Virus record (IMG/VR): IMGVR_UViG_3300025009_000122
Location: 1 to 57,942 of that record
DNA length: 57,942 nucleotides
Direction: 5' to 3' (one strand)
DNA from: a virus
Lineage: Duplodnaviria; Caudoviricetes
Shown: positions 17,986-27,583 of the stretch, piece after piece
How positions within the stretch are numbered: position 1 is the stretch's first letter
How the letters are laid out: every line of letters starts with the position of its first letter
The notes under the pieces: model-generated
Told to the model about the DNA's origin: nothing
Seen by the model: only the letters and a program-made list of their open reading frames with translations
Database searches by the model: none
Translations under genes and position numbers: made by a program

Positions 17986-19439
17986 ACCGGGAGTACGGGG
18001 AGATGAACTTCGGCTCGCTTTTCACAGGAATAGGCGGTTTTGATCTCGGTTTCGAACGAGCCGGAATGAAGTGCCTTTTTCAATGTGAAATTGACAAAAG
18101 CTGCAACACGGTACTCAACCGGCATTGGCCGGATGTTCCGAGGATACACGATGTCAAAAAAATCAACGAATCAACTTTCTTTGTTCGGCCCAACCTCATT
18201 TGCGGAGGATTCCCATGCCAAGATTTATCCGTCGCCGGAAAACGTGCAGGGCTGGCTGGAGGAAGAAGCGGCCTTTGGTAAGAATACCGTCGAATTATCT
18301 CTGAGCTTAAACCGGAGTGGGTCGTCGTGGAAAATGTACCCGGACTTCTTTCAAGCCAAGAGGGAAGAGATTTTGCCGTCCTTATTCGAGGGCTGGATGA
18401 ACTCGGGTATGTGGGGATTTGGAAAACTCTTAACAGTCAATACTTTGGAATTCCCCAAAGACGGAGAAGAATCTTCCTTATCGGCCATCTTGGAAGAAAA
18501 TGTCCATCCGAAATACTTCTTATCACCGAAGGCTTGCGCGGGAATTCTCCGAAGGGCCGAGCGGCGGGGGAAAGCGCTTCCGCCGATGTTGCTCCAAGCC
18601 TTACGGGGAGTGGCCGGGGAGTCGAGCGAACTGGAGAGTCAAGAGGACAAGACCCGGTTGTGTGTGTGCCCGACAGAATGCGATTGCCAATCTCCGGACA
18701 CAGAGCCGGCGCTTTGCAGCATGCATTGCCCGGATCACAACTTGAACCCGAAACCCTATCCGGATTGTCCGATTCACGGGTAGTTGCTTCCGTCTCCTCA
18801 AAGTGGTCGAAGGGAACGGAAGGGCCGAGCGGGGATGAGTGCCAGAATCTAATCGTCGGGGCTCTTGCCACTAATTCGGGACCACGTAGCCATGATGCCG
18901 GGAACTTCCATTGCAACCAGGCCGTTGATGCCGGGCATATCATCGCTCACACCCTCAGAGGCCGGAGCTTTGATGGTTCAGAGGACGGGACGGGACGGGG
19001 AACGCCGCTTGTTACGATTGGGTTCTCCTGTAAAGACCACGGCGCGGATGCTTCTGAGATCGCGCCAACTCTCCGATCAATGGAACACGATAAGAGTCAT
19101 TTGAACGGCGGGGGGCAAGTGGCAATTTGCTTCGAATCCCGTTTTGTCCGAAATGGAAGAGGTTCCCCTGAAGAAATCTGCCAGCCCTTAAAAGCCGAAA
19201 GCGGGAAAACAAATAAGGGCGATTCGTCGCCGTTGCTGGCCGGCACTTTCGGGGTGCGCCGTTTAACCCCAACGGAATGCGAGCGTCTTCAGGGTTTTCC
19301 TGACGGGCATACCGCATGGGGCATCGACAACGGAAAGAGAGTCGAAATGTCCGATTCTCAGCGATATCGCCAACTTGGAAATGCCGTTTCAGTCCCGGTA
19401 GCCGAATGGATCGGAAAGCAAATCATGGAGACATTATGA
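17982..19439 (+). pseudogene. C5 cytosine DNA methyltransferase with an in-frame TAA at 18279-18281 (split gene or pseudogene)
   Basis: FTGIGG (I), GGFPCQD (IV), RSGLW*EY, ENVPGL (VI), PQRRRRIF (VIII), RRLTPTECERLQGFPD (IX), LGNAV (X), all in one frame. Confidence 0.9.
18151..18783 (+). CDS. overprinted +1-frame ORF inside the methyltransferase gene
   Basis: GAGGA RBS + ATG at 18151; 210 aa open; SLSAILEENVHPKYFLSPKACAGILRRAERRGK resembles a C5-MTase variable-region segment. Confidence 0.7.
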   Translation: MSKKSTNQLSLFGPTSFAEDSHAKIYPSPENVQGWLEEEAAFGKNTVELSLSLNRSGSSWKMYPDFFQAKREEILPSLFEGWMNSGMWGFGKLLTVNTLEFPKDGEESSLSAILEENVHPKYFLSPKACAGILRRAERRGKALPPMLLQALRGVAGESSELESQEDKTRLCVCPTECDCQSPDTEPALCSMHCPDHNLNPKPYPDCPIHG

Positions 19440-19711
19440 CCACTTCAGCCGCAGCAGTCTTGGCCTCGATGTTCCCATGCCCTCGCCATGCCGACACGAA
19501 GATCACCCCGAATACGTGTTTCCACAGACAGCGGAGAGTCGTCGATATGGTCAGGTCGATTGATAGCCCACTCGATCCGGAGTGTATCGGATGCCCTGAA
19601 GGGCTAAGGATCCGGGAGGGAGTGGAGTCGGGAGAGATCACGCTTCCGGGGAAGATGAAACGCAGGGGGCGCGGGTGGGCGAACACGAGGATAAGAAGGG
19701 AGGCGGCATAA
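19436..19711 (+). CDS. hypothetical protein
   Basis: ATGA-coupled, GGAG RBS, Cys motifs. Confidence 0.55.
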   Translation: MTTSAAAVLASMFPCPRHADTKITPNTCFHRQRRVVDMVRSIDSPLDPECIGCPEGLRIREGVESGEITLPGKMKRRGRGWANTRIRREAA

Positions 19712-20070
19712 TGTTTCCGAATTTCGAGCCGATCGACTGGCCCGCAAAGCTCAAAGCATACAACGCCGAACGCGGTCGAAATAACCAGACCCATGCGGCC
19801 GACATAACCGAGATGTTGCGAGTAATGCAAGAGGAATATCACACGGTTGACAATGTGGCCTACGTGCTCGGAATCCATGTAAATACTTTGCATGAGTACA
19901 GGCTGAAATTAGGTCTCCGGAAGAGGAGACAAAAGAGCAATCGGGCGCACTACATGAAGGTCCGAAAGATACTCAGGATGCACCGGGAGGGGTACTCGAC
20001 TCGGGCGATATCTCGGGAAGTCGGCCTTTGCCGGAAAACGGTCTGGAAGTACATCGCGGAGGGAGCATGA
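19711..20070 (+). CDS. double-HTH DNA-binding protein
   Basis: VAYVLGIHVNTL and GYSTRAISREVGLCRKTVWKY. Confidence 0.7.
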   Translation: MFPNFEPIDWPAKLKAYNAERGRNNQTHAADITEMLRVMQEEYHTVDNVAYVLGIHVNTLHEYRLKLGLRKRRQKSNRAHYMKVRKILRMHREGYSTRAISREVGLCRKTVWKYIAEGA

Positions 20071-20225
20071 TCCCCGAAGAGAAAGCCGCCAGACTCGAAC
20101 GGCTGAGGATCGCGCTCGAACAGGTGAAGCGCCACCGGGAACCGGAGTATGCGGAAGCGAGGCGGCAACTTTTGAAAGAGCTCCGGAAGAGGGTGAAGGC
20201 GGTTATCATGGAAGGCAGGGGATAA
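20067..20225 (+). CDS. hypothetical protein
   Basis: ATGA-coupled small ORF. Confidence 0.5.
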   Translation: MIPEEKAARLERLRIALEQVKRHREPEYAEARRQLLKELRKRVKAVIMEGRG

Positions 20226-20229
20226 CGCG

Positions 20230-20973
20230 ATGCACAGAGGCTACATCAAACTTTGGAGGGCCTTGCAAGATTTGGATCTGTGGGAGCGAGAGAAGTTCAC
20301 GCGCGGCCAAGCATGGGTCGATCTTCTTCTTTCAGCAAACCACAAAGACGGCCATGTGCGAATTTCCGGGCAGCGGATTGAGGTCAAGCGCGGCGAATCG
20401 GCTTTATCAGAAGTCACCCTTGCAAAGAGATGGAAATGGTCACGCGGAAAAGTTCGGAGATTTTTGGCCGAACTTGAATCAGAAATGGAACAGAAGATAG
20501 TACAGCGGAAATATAATGTAACATCCTTAATTGAAATACTTAATTACGAAAAATATCAAGGCAACGGTACAGCGGACGATACACCAGACGGACACCCGAT
20601 AGAACACCAGACGGACACCCGATGGAACACAAACAAGAATGTTAAGAATATCTTCTTGTCCGATTCCATCGAAATCGGACTCAGCGAACTTCTGTTTTCT
20701 TTGATTCGCCTCCGAAACAAAAACGCAAAACCTCCCAACTTCCAATCGTGGGCAAAGTCCTTCGATTTGATGATTCGCCTCGACGGGAGAAAGCCCGAAG
20801 AAATCGAAGCCCTGATTCGATGGGCGCAATCCGATCCCTTCGAATGCACCAACGTCCTTTCGCCGGATAAGCTCCGCAAAAGATACGACCAGCTTTTTTT
20901 GAAATCTCAGAAGAACCGGCCCGTGGTGGTTCAAAGAGAATACATCAACCTTCCAGGTGACTCAGATGAATAA
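20230..20973 (+). CDS. phage replication initiator protein
   Basis: GYIKLWR..WVDLLLSANH..LAKRWKWSRGKVRRFL..NYEKYQ; C-terminal NVLSPDKLRKRYDQL; contains iterons. Confidence 0.85.
   Translation: MHRGYIKLWRALQDLDLWEREKFTRGQAWVDLLLSANHKDGHVRISGQRIEVKRGESALSEVTLAKRWKWSRGKVRRFLAELESEMEQKIVQRKYNVTSLIEILNYEKYQGNGTADDTPDGHPIEHQTDTRWNTNKNVKNIFLSDSIEIGLSELLFSLIRLRNKNAKPPNFQSWAKSFDLMIRLDGRKPEEIEALIRWAQSDPFECTNVLSPDKLRKRYDQLFLKSQKNRPVVVQREYINLPGDSDE
20581..20631. repeat. iteron-like tandem repeats, probable replication origin
   Basis: ACACCAGACGGACACCCGAT(A/G)GA x2 (23-bp period) plus a partial third copy, inside the initiator gene next to AT-rich DNA. Confidence 0.7.
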
Positions 20974-21490
20974 ATTTGAAATCGATATTGCTCAAATCAT
21001 AGAGGCTTCCGGGGTTGAGCTTCGACGATGCGGCAACCACCTCGCCGGGGTGTGCCCCTTTCATGCCGACAAGGACCCATCGATGCACGTATATCCGGAC
21101 GGGCATTTTCATTGCTTCGGATGCGGCGCCCGCGGTGACGTGATCGATTACGTGAAAATGAAATACGGACTTTCCTTTCCGGATGCAAAGCGCCAACTCG
21201 GACTTTCGGACGAAAAGCCCGATCCGGCCGTTACGAGGCAGATGGAGCGGCAACAGGCGCTTTTGAGGGAATTCGAGAAATGGCAGGTCACGTATTCGAA
21301 CAAAGTCGGCGCTTTTCTCAGGATGTGCCGAAAGGTCATGGCAGGCTTAACCCCGGAGGACTTCGACCTTCGTGGGGATTTTCTCCAATGGGTCGAGCTT
21401 TATAAATATCACCTTGAAATTCTCGCTTGCGGTTCTCAGGAGGAGCGATTCCAGCTTTACCGAGAGGTGAAACATGGCAGAAGTCTTTGA
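20966..21490 (+). CDS. CHC2 zinc-finger protein (DnaG zinc-binding domain without TOPRIM)
   Basis: CPFHADKDPS..FHCFGCGARGDVIDYV..LSFPDA. Confidence 0.88.
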   Translation: MNKFEIDIAQIIEASGVELRRCGNHLAGVCPFHADKDPSMHVYPDGHFHCFGCGARGDVIDYVKMKYGLSFPDAKRQLGLSDEKPDPAVTRQMERQQALLREFEKWQVTYSNKVGAFLRMCRKVMAGLTPEDFDLRGDFLQWVELYKYHLEILACGSQEERFQLYREVKHGRSL

Positions 21491-22388
21491 ACTCAGAAAG
21501 CAGCTTGAAATCGAAGACCTTACCGGGCAGGTCGAGGGGTGGGTTCTCGCGGCACCAGGAGAATTCAGCGTGTCAGATCTCGATCTGGATATGGATTTCA
21601 AAGACAGAATCCAGCGGCATAATCGGACGATCGCTCTCGAAAGGCTCGTATCTCTCGGGGTGATCGAGAGAGTCGGGAACAGGAGGGGATGGTATCGGCC
21701 CCACCGGAGCCAGCTCGATGTAATGGATTTCAAAAACGCAAAATCCGACAAGGTTTGGATGTGGCTCCCGTTCGGGCTTCCTCAGCTCGTAGAGATTATG
21801 CCGGGAAACATCATCACCATCGCCGGGGAAAAAAATTCAGGAAAGACCGCGATTCTCCTGAACATCGTGAAAGAGAACCGGCACGACTGGAAAATCCATT
21901 ACTTCAACTCGGAAATGGACGCTGGTGAGCTTAAAAAGCGGCTCGAGAAGTTCGATATTCTGATCGACAAATGGAACTTCGACGCCTACCGCAGGGATTC
22001 AGACTTTGCGGACGTAATTTTTCCGGGGCCTGGAAACCTGAACGTCATCGATTTTTTGGAGTGTCACGATGAGTTTTATAAAATGGGCCAATACATCAAG
22101 GACATACACAACAAACTCAACGGCGCGGTGTGTATCATTGCGCTTCAAAAGAACCCCGGCCAGGATGACGGGCTCGGCGGCCGGCGGTCAACTGAGAAAT
22201 CCCGGCTTGCTCTCGCGGTATCACCGGGAAAGCTCAAGATCGTAGCGGGAAAGAATTGGGCGAGCGATGTAAACCCGAACGGGTTGCAGGTGAATTTTAA
22301 GCTCGTTCAGGGATGCCAACTGATTAAAGACAAGCGCGGATGGTACAAGGAGCGCAAGGGCGAAATAACCGAAATAGGAGGGGAATGA
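21474..22388 (+). CDS. DnaB/RecA-fold (SF4-like) helicase
   Basis: [27 protein letters not shown]. Confidence 0.75.
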   Translation: MAEVFELRKQLEIEDLTGQVEGWVLAAPGEFSVSDLDLDMDFKDRIQRHNRTIALERLVSLGVIERVGNRRGWYRPHRSQLDVMDFKNAKSDKVWMWLPFGLPQLVEIMPGNIITIAGEKNSGKTAILLNIVKENRHDWKIHYFNSEMDAGELKKRLEKFDILIDKWNFDAYRRDSDFADVIFPGPGNLNVIDFLECHDEFYKMGQYIKDIHNKLNGAVCIIALQKNPGQDDGLGGRRSTEKSRLALAVSPGKLKIVAGKNWASDVNPNGLQVNFKLVQGCQLIKDKRGWYKERKGEITEIGGE

Positions 22389-22392
22389 AATC

Positions 22393-22812
22393 ATGAGCGG
22401 GATTAACAAGGCAATCATCATTGGTCGATTGGGAAAGGATCCTGAAGTCCGTTACATGCCGAACGGCGATGCTGTCGCCAATTTTACGGTCGCCACTTCG
22501 GAGGATTGGAAAGACAAGACGACAGGCGAAAAGAAAAGCAGGGTGGAATGGCACCGTATCGTCGCATTCGGAAAGCTCGCGGAGAATTGCGGAAAATATT
22601 TGGTCAAGGGCTCTCAGATTTTTCTCGAAGGGCGCCTGCAGACTCGAGAATGGACGGACAAAGACGGGAACAAGAAATACACCACGGAGATTATCGCGGG
22701 AGAAGTTCAATTTTTGACGCCGAAGGGAGAGAGAACAGACGGCCAGCGCCAGGAGCCGCCGCCTCAGAGAGATCCTTCGAACATGATGCCGGACGACGAT
22801 ATTCCGTTCTGA
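22393..22812 (+). CDS. ssb: single-stranded DNA-binding protein
   Basis: [39 protein letters not shown]. Confidence 0.97.
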   Translation: MSGINKAIIIGRLGKDPEVRYMPNGDAVANFTVATSEDWKDKTTGEKKSRVEWHRIVAFGKLAENCGKYLVKGSQIFLEGRLQTREWTDKDGNKKYTTEIIAGEVQFLTPKGERTDGQRQEPPPQRDPSNMMPDDDIPF

Positions 22813-22834
22813 TAGGCAAATACAGGGGGGGACC

Positions 22835-23113
22835 ATGACGGAAGAAATTCAAGAAGAGGCGATTAGGATCAAACAACCGACATTTAGGAGAGTGCCCATG
22901 AAAACAGAAGTACCGAATCAGCGTCTTTTTTCCCGGATGCTCGCCAGCATATTTTCGAGCGGGGCGGCGACCCAACACAATCGCGGGAAAGGATGGGAAA
23001 CGAAAGCGGGGCGGAGAACGGCGAAGTTTCTCGAAAGGCTCGTCATCAAGAAGAAGATCCGGAGAAAGATGGCGGCTGAGTCACGGCGGATTAACTGGAA
23101 ACGGGCGGCCTGA
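22835..23113 (+). CDS. basic hypothetical protein
   Basis: G-rich RBS; in operon. Confidence 0.55.
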   Translation: MTEEIQEEAIRIKQPTFRRVPMKTEVPNQRLFSRMLASIFSSGAATQHNRGKGWETKAGRRTAKFLERLVIKKKIRRKMAAESRRINWKRAA

Positions 23114-23124
23114 GGGGGGGGAGC

Positions 23125-23523
23125 ATGGCGGGATTATCACCGACACAAAGAACGCTGAAGGAGCTCCGGAATCTCGGCCGGGTGGTCGCAATCACCGAGA
23201 AGTGGCAGGTTATCCCGAATCACCCAGGGGGCGGAATCAGGAAAGACCTTTTCGGGTTCATCGACCTGATTGCGCTGGATGCAGAGCGGGGGATCGTAGC
23301 GATTCAATCTTGCGGGTCCTCCTTCTCGGAGCATTTCCGCAAGATCACCGACTCGGATTGCACGGAAAACGTTCTCGAATGGCTCCGGTGCGGGGGGAAA
23401 CTCGAGTTGTGGGGCTGGCGTCGGATCAAAGCCAAAAAAGGGGGAAAGGCGATGGTCTGGCGGCCGAGGATTCAGGAAATCACCGAAGAAACGATCAAGG
23501 AGAAGGCTGAGGGGGAATCATGA
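23125..23523 (+). CDS. putative PD-(D/E)xK nuclease / Holliday junction resolvase-like protein
   Basis: SPTQRTL..EKW..RKDLFGFIDLIAL..AIQ. Confidence 0.65.
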   Translation: MAGLSPTQRTLKELRNLGRVVAITEKWQVIPNHPGGGIRKDLFGFIDLIALDAERGIVAIQSCGSSFSEHFRKITDSDCTENVLEWLRCGGKLELWGWRRIKAKKGGKAMVWRPRIQEITEETIKEKAEGES

Positions 23524-23957
23524 CTCCAAAACACATCATCATGCACCACAGCGCAACAAAAGACAGCGGAACGGTATCATGGCAGGCGATCCGGCAGTAT
23601 CACGTAGAAACGAACGGATGGAAAAACGTGGGCTACCATTGCGGGGTGGAGCTGATCACACATCCGTGCGGGATCTCGCGAAATGAGATTCTTCTCGGCC
23701 GGCCTCTGACCCAGGGAGGCGCGCATTGCCTCGGGATGAACGACAAAAGCCTCGGCATCTGCCTGATCGGAAACTTTGACGAGGAACACCCCTCCCCCGA
23801 TAAGCTCAAGCTCGCCGCCGAGCTGGTACGGAGCCTTATGGAAATATTCCGGATACCGAAAGATCAAGTCCTCGGGCATCGTGAGGCGGCAAAAGGGCGC
23901 ACCTGCCCGGGAAAGAATTTCGACATGGACCTCTTCCGTGGGATGTTGGGGAAATAG
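23520..23957 (+). CDS. N-acetylmuramoyl-L-alanine amidase endolysin (Amidase_2, T7-lysozyme-like)
   Basis: IIMHHSA, GWKNVGYH, GAHC.GMN..SLGICLIGNF, GHRE..TCPG. Confidence 0.92.
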   Translation: MTPKHIIMHHSATKDSGTVSWQAIRQYHVETNGWKNVGYHCGVELITHPCGISRNEILLGRPLTQGGAHCLGMNDKSLGICLIGNFDEEHPSPDKLKLAAELVRSLMEIFRIPKDQVLGHREAAKGRTCPGKNFDMDLFRGMLGK

Positions 23958-23960
23958 CCG

Positions 23961-24224
23961 ATGGAAGAACAAATCATCAGGGGAGATAAGAGCGCCGCGA
24001 AGTTCCTGGACATCTCTCTTTCGACACTCAAGCGGTGGGATTCCGAAGTAAAGATCCCATGTCGCGTGACGTATGGGTGCCGGAGATCATACCTCAAGAC
24101 CGAGCTCCTTCGGTGGTATGAGCTGATGACTGAGAAAATGCGCTCAAAAGTCGAACGACAGCGGGAAATTAAGGCAGAATGGGCGGCATATGCCAGGTCA
24201 CATAAAAAAACCGCTTGTTCGTGA
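23961..24224 (+). CDS. small winged-HTH regulator
   Basis: AAKFLDISLSTLKRW..YLKTELLRW. Confidence 0.7.
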   Translation: MEEQIIRGDKSAAKFLDISLSTLKRWDSEVKIPCRVTYGCRRSYLKTELLRWYELMTEKMRSKVERQREIKAEWAAYARSHKKTACS

Positions 24225-24312
24225 GTTGATCATGACATGATCAAGAGTTGATCTGGGTTGTTAATGAACACCCCCCCCTTGATTTGACAGGTGCCGAAAT
24301 GTCTGAAACACT
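24223..24312 (+). promoter_or_regulatory. candidate late promoter with upstream repeats
   Basis: GAGTTGATC x2 (22 bp apart), palindrome TTGATCATG-A-CATGATCAA, TTGACA at 24284 with poor -10. Confidence 0.5.
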
Positions 24313-24393
24313 CCGCCAGAACAGTTCTCCCGCGTTTTCCTCCTCAAAGGTCCGGGGTTAAAATCCCGGGCCTCCCCAAAGAAAGGGGCCGAC

Positions 24394-24921
24394 ATGACAA
24401 AGATCGAGCGGCTGAAACGATTGTGGGCGCAACCATCGACAAAGCGGGGCCTGATAGGGCTCTTGAGTCTTTGCGGGATCGCGGTGAGCCCGGAGCATTG
24501 GGACGTTATTTCGATCGTGGCGGGGCTTGCGTTCTCGGTTTACGAGATCATGCGGGACGAGGACGCCGCAAGGAAGGTGGTCATAGCCCTTTGTCTTCTG
24601 CCGTTTCTCGCGGGCTGTGCCGGTCTTCAGGGGATAAAGCCGGTCGCGGAAATGACACCCCAAGAAAAGGCAACCTGGTTCCTCGAATCCTACAACAGCC
24701 AGTACGACCTGTACCAGCAGCAAGCCGCGCAGCCCAATCTCACCGAATCCCAAATTAAGATCCTCAAAGCGAAACGCGAAGTCCTCCTTGAGCTCCACCC
24801 GGCCGCCCTGATGTACGGTCGATACGTTCAATCCGGGGCGATACCGGCGGCGGATCTCGAGGCGAAAGTCATAGGCTACATCGAGAAGCTACTTTCGGCG
24901 GCGGAAGGGGGTTCGAAATGA
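24394..24921 (+). CDS. holin-like domain fused to a lipoprotein
   Basis: QPSTKRGLIGLL..SPE + two hydrophobic segments, then RKVVIALCLLPFLAGC lipobox. Confidence 0.65.
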   Translation: MTKIERLKRLWAQPSTKRGLIGLLSLCGIAVSPEHWDVISIVAGLAFSVYEIMRDEDAARKVVIALCLLPFLAGCAGLQGIKPVAEMTPQEKATWFLESYNSQYDLYQQQAAQPNLTESQIKILKAKREVLLELHPAALMYGRYVQSGAIPAADLEAKVIGYIEKLLSAAEGGSK

Positions 24922-25100
24922 CACAGGAGGCGATCATTCTGGCTCGGCTGGCTCTTGAAGCCATCGCGCTCGCAACGCAGCAATATGCCATCCTTCAGCG
25001 CCTCGCCGGGAAATCAGAGGCCGAAATTCAGTCGATGCTCGCAGACGCGATTGCCGGGGCGATGCTCAGGGACCCGGCAAACCTCAAGGTGGTCGGCTGA
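24918..25100 (+). CDS. small lysis-region protein
   Basis: ATGA-coupled, amphipathic. Confidence 0.6.
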   Translation: MTQEAIILARLALEAIALATQQYAILQRLAGKSEAEIQSMLADAIAGAMLRDPANLKVVG

Positions 25101-25189
25101 TATGGTCCGGGGCCGTGCGGCATACCGGGAGCCCCAATGGGGCCAGACTCGTAGAGAGCCGCCGGTTCCGGGCCGCCAAGGGTGAAGGG

Positions 25190-25477
25190 ATGGACATGGC
25201 GCAATTTTCTCACCCGTCCGTGCTCTACGAAGATAGGGCAGCTCTCAAGCGTATGTTCTCCGAAGCCTCCCAGGAGCGGAAGCTTGAATTCCTTTTTGAC
25301 CTCATGCTTGACATGAAAACGACCTGCGCCACTCGGGTTCATCGGTGCGAGGAGTGGAAGGACAAACTTGAGGAAGACGTTACCGGGAAAAAGAAATCAG
25401 ACATTGCCGCGAGCGCGGGCGGTGGGTTCCTGGGCGGGGCAGCGATGATGCTTGGAAAATGGTTGGGTGGATGGTGA
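25190..25477 (+). CDS. hypothetical protein with C-terminal Gly-rich membrane segment
   Basis: IAASAGGGFLGGAAMMLGKW. Confidence 0.6.
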   Translation: MDMAQFSHPSVLYEDRAALKRMFSEASQERKLEFLFDLMLDMKTTCATRVHRCEEWKDKLEEDVTGKKKSDIAASAGGGFLGGAAMMLGKWLGGW

Positions 25478-25478
25478 A

Positions 25479-25922
25479 ATGGCAACCGATACCAGCGTAG
25501 CCGAACAATGTATCGCGGAAACCCGCGCGAAGCTCGACGCCTGCGGTTACACGCTGGATCGGCTCCTTGAAGAGATGCGGGGGCCGCTCGAAGCGAAAAA
25601 GAGCGTATTCCAGAAGATCGCGGGGCCTGTGACGATCTACAGCAAGAAGCTCAACTCTTCCAGGCAGGCGAAGGCAGGCGATAGGGTCGGCGTCGCCCGG
25701 GTCATTTCGTGCGACGAAGACGGGTCTCTTCTCGAAATCGTAGTCACCGACATGGCGCAAAAGCAGAGCGCGGTGGAGCTTCTTCTGAAACTCAGGGGGG
25801 ATTTTCCGGGGCAGAAGATCGATATCACCGATACGCGCATGGTTCAGTCGATTCTCGCGGCGCTTCCTCTTGAGGCCCAGGCACAGGTAAAAGAAGCGAT
25901 CAAGGAAAAGGCGAAGAAGTGA
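25479..25922 (+). CDS. terS: probable terminase small subunit
   Basis: Position, coupled to terL; AVELLLKLRGDF..KIDI. Confidence 0.55.
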   Translation: MATDTSVAEQCIAETRAKLDACGYTLDRLLEEMRGPLEAKKSVFQKIAGPVTIYSKKLNSSRQAKAGDRVGVARVISCDEDGSLLEIVVTDMAQKQSAVELLLKLRGDFPGQKIDITDTRMVQSILAALPLEAQAQVKEAIKEKAKK

Positions 25923-27583
25923 TATCTCAAGCCGCCGCGAGCAACATCGCAGACGAAATCATCAAGGCCGTGGGTCTTGAGGCGGCGCTTGCTCTTGTTT
26001 CGGGGGGGTACGAGCAGTACCAAGAAGATCCGGTTGGGTTTGGGGCCGATGTTCTTGGGGAACTCTACACCGAGGACGTTAAGCGCCTCATGGAGTCGGT
26101 GAGAGACAACCCGGTCACGATCGCGAAATCAGGAAACGCTTTAGGGAAAACTCATGCGGCCGCTCGCGTAGCAATTTGGTTTTACAAGTCGTTCCAAAAT
26201 TCTCAGGTTTTTACCGCCGCAGCTCCGCCCGAATCGAACCTCAAAAAACTCCTTTGGGGTCAGATCGGCGGAATCATTGAGAGCCAGAAAAAGCTTTTCG
26301 ATTCAGACAAGACTCTTTCTCTCCATATCGAGAGGAGCCCCCAATCGTTTTTGACGGGAGTGACAATCCCGATGAGCGGGACGGAGACGCAGCGGGAAGC
26401 AAAATTTTCGGGCAAACATGCTCCGTATCTCCTTTTTATCATCGACGAAGGGGATGCCGTACCGGACGAGGTGTACCGGGGAATTGAGTCCTGTATGTCT
26501 GGGGGGCATGCAAGGCTCCTTGTTATGTTCAACCCCCGCTCCGAAGTCGGAGAGGCTTACCGGATGGAGAGGGACGGCCGGGCGAGCGTTATCCACCTTT
26601 CCGCGTTCAATCATCCCAATGTTGTTACCGGGGAAGACCAGATCCCAGGTGCGGTAACGAGAGAAACGACCATCCGCAGGATAAATCAATGGTGCCGGCC
26701 GATGCTCGAAGGCGAAAAAACCGATGCGGAAATGTTCGAGCTTCCTTCATTTTTGGTCGGGATGACCGCGAAAAGCCAGAGCGGGCAAGAGTATCCGCCG
26801 TTAAAGCCGGGCCGGTACAAGGTGATGGAGCCTGCTTTCAGTTATATGGTTCTCGGGCAATATCCTGCACAGGGGACAAACCAGCTCATCTCAAGAGAGT
26901 GGATAGCCGCCGCCCGTTCGCGGTGGGATCTTTACGTTTCAAGGTACGGGGAAAAGCTCCCGCAGGGAGTTGACGGGGTGGCCGGCCTTGATCCTGGTGA
27001 ATTCGGACACGACCCGACCGCAATGGTCGAGAAGTACGGCGGGTGGGTCCCGATGCCGATTCAATGGCATGGCGTTGATATCATCGTCACATCCGAAAGG
27101 GCGCGGCAGAACGTGGCCGGAAAGCCTATCGTCTGTACCAACGTTGATGCGAACGGGGTCGGGGCGGGAGTGGCTCCGGACATGATGCGTCACGGGTTCA
27201 CCGCAAAGGCGGTCAAAACCCAGGAAAGCCCGGAAGAACTTGCGCCCGACGAAAAGGAACTCGGTGAATTCAAGATCAATCGTGATTACCTCGCGTGGCG
27301 AGTCAGGGAGTGGTTGAGAGCCGATGCGGGGGCGATGCTTCCACCGGATGAGGAGCTTTTAGAGGAGCTTCGAATCCCGACATATCGGATCGAAGGGAAA
27401 TATATCCGGGTGATGCAAAAGGACACGATGAAAGACCTCTTGAAGCGATCGCCGAATAAATTCGATGCCCTGTGCCTTTGCTTCTCGAAACCCATTACAT
27501 CGACCGCGAATGCGCATATCACAAAGAGCCAGCATGCCGAGCTTAAGGCGAAATACAGCCGGTTCGGAAGGGGAATGATGTAA
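25919..27583 (+). CDS. terL: terminase large subunit
   Basis: SGNALGKT, FIIDEG, FNP, GLDPG..GHD, VDANGVG, RSPNKFDA. Confidence 0.92.
   Translation: MISQAAASNIADEIIKAVGLEAALALVSGGYEQYQEDPVGFGADVLGELYTEDVKRLMESVRDNPVTIAKSGNALGKTHAAARVAIWFYKSFQNSQVFTAAAPPESNLKKLLWGQIGGIIESQKKLFDSDKTLSLHIERSPQSFLTGVTIPMSGTETQREAKFSGKHAPYLLFIIDEGDAVPDEVYRGIESCMSGGHARLLVMFNPRSEVGEAYRMERDGRASVIHLSAFNHPNVVTGEDQIPGAVTRETTIRRINQWCRPMLEGEKTDAEMFELPSFLVGMTAKSQSGQEYPPLKPGRYKVMEPAFSYMVLGQYPAQGTNQLISREWIAAARSRWDLYVSRYGEKLPQGVDGVAGLDPGEFGHDPTAMVEKYGGWVPMPIQWHGVDIIVTSERARQNVAGKPIVCTNVDANGVGAGVAPDMMRHGFTAKAVKTQESPEELAPDEKELGEFKINRDYLAWRVREWLRADAGAMLPPDEELLEELRIPTYRIEGKYIRVMQKDTMKDLLKRSPNKFDALCLCFSKPITSTANAHITKSQHAELKAKYSRFGRGMM

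Noticed and set aside
10860-19439. Genome-wide stop-codon recoding
   Set aside because: The two internal stops differ (TAG, TAA), and TAG, TAA and TGA all end normal genes followed by new RBS/ATG (for example 23957, 34969, 52352)
20581-20631. CRISPR array or DGR repeats
   Set aside because: Tandem repeats have no unique spacers; no cas or reverse transcriptase gene seen anywhere
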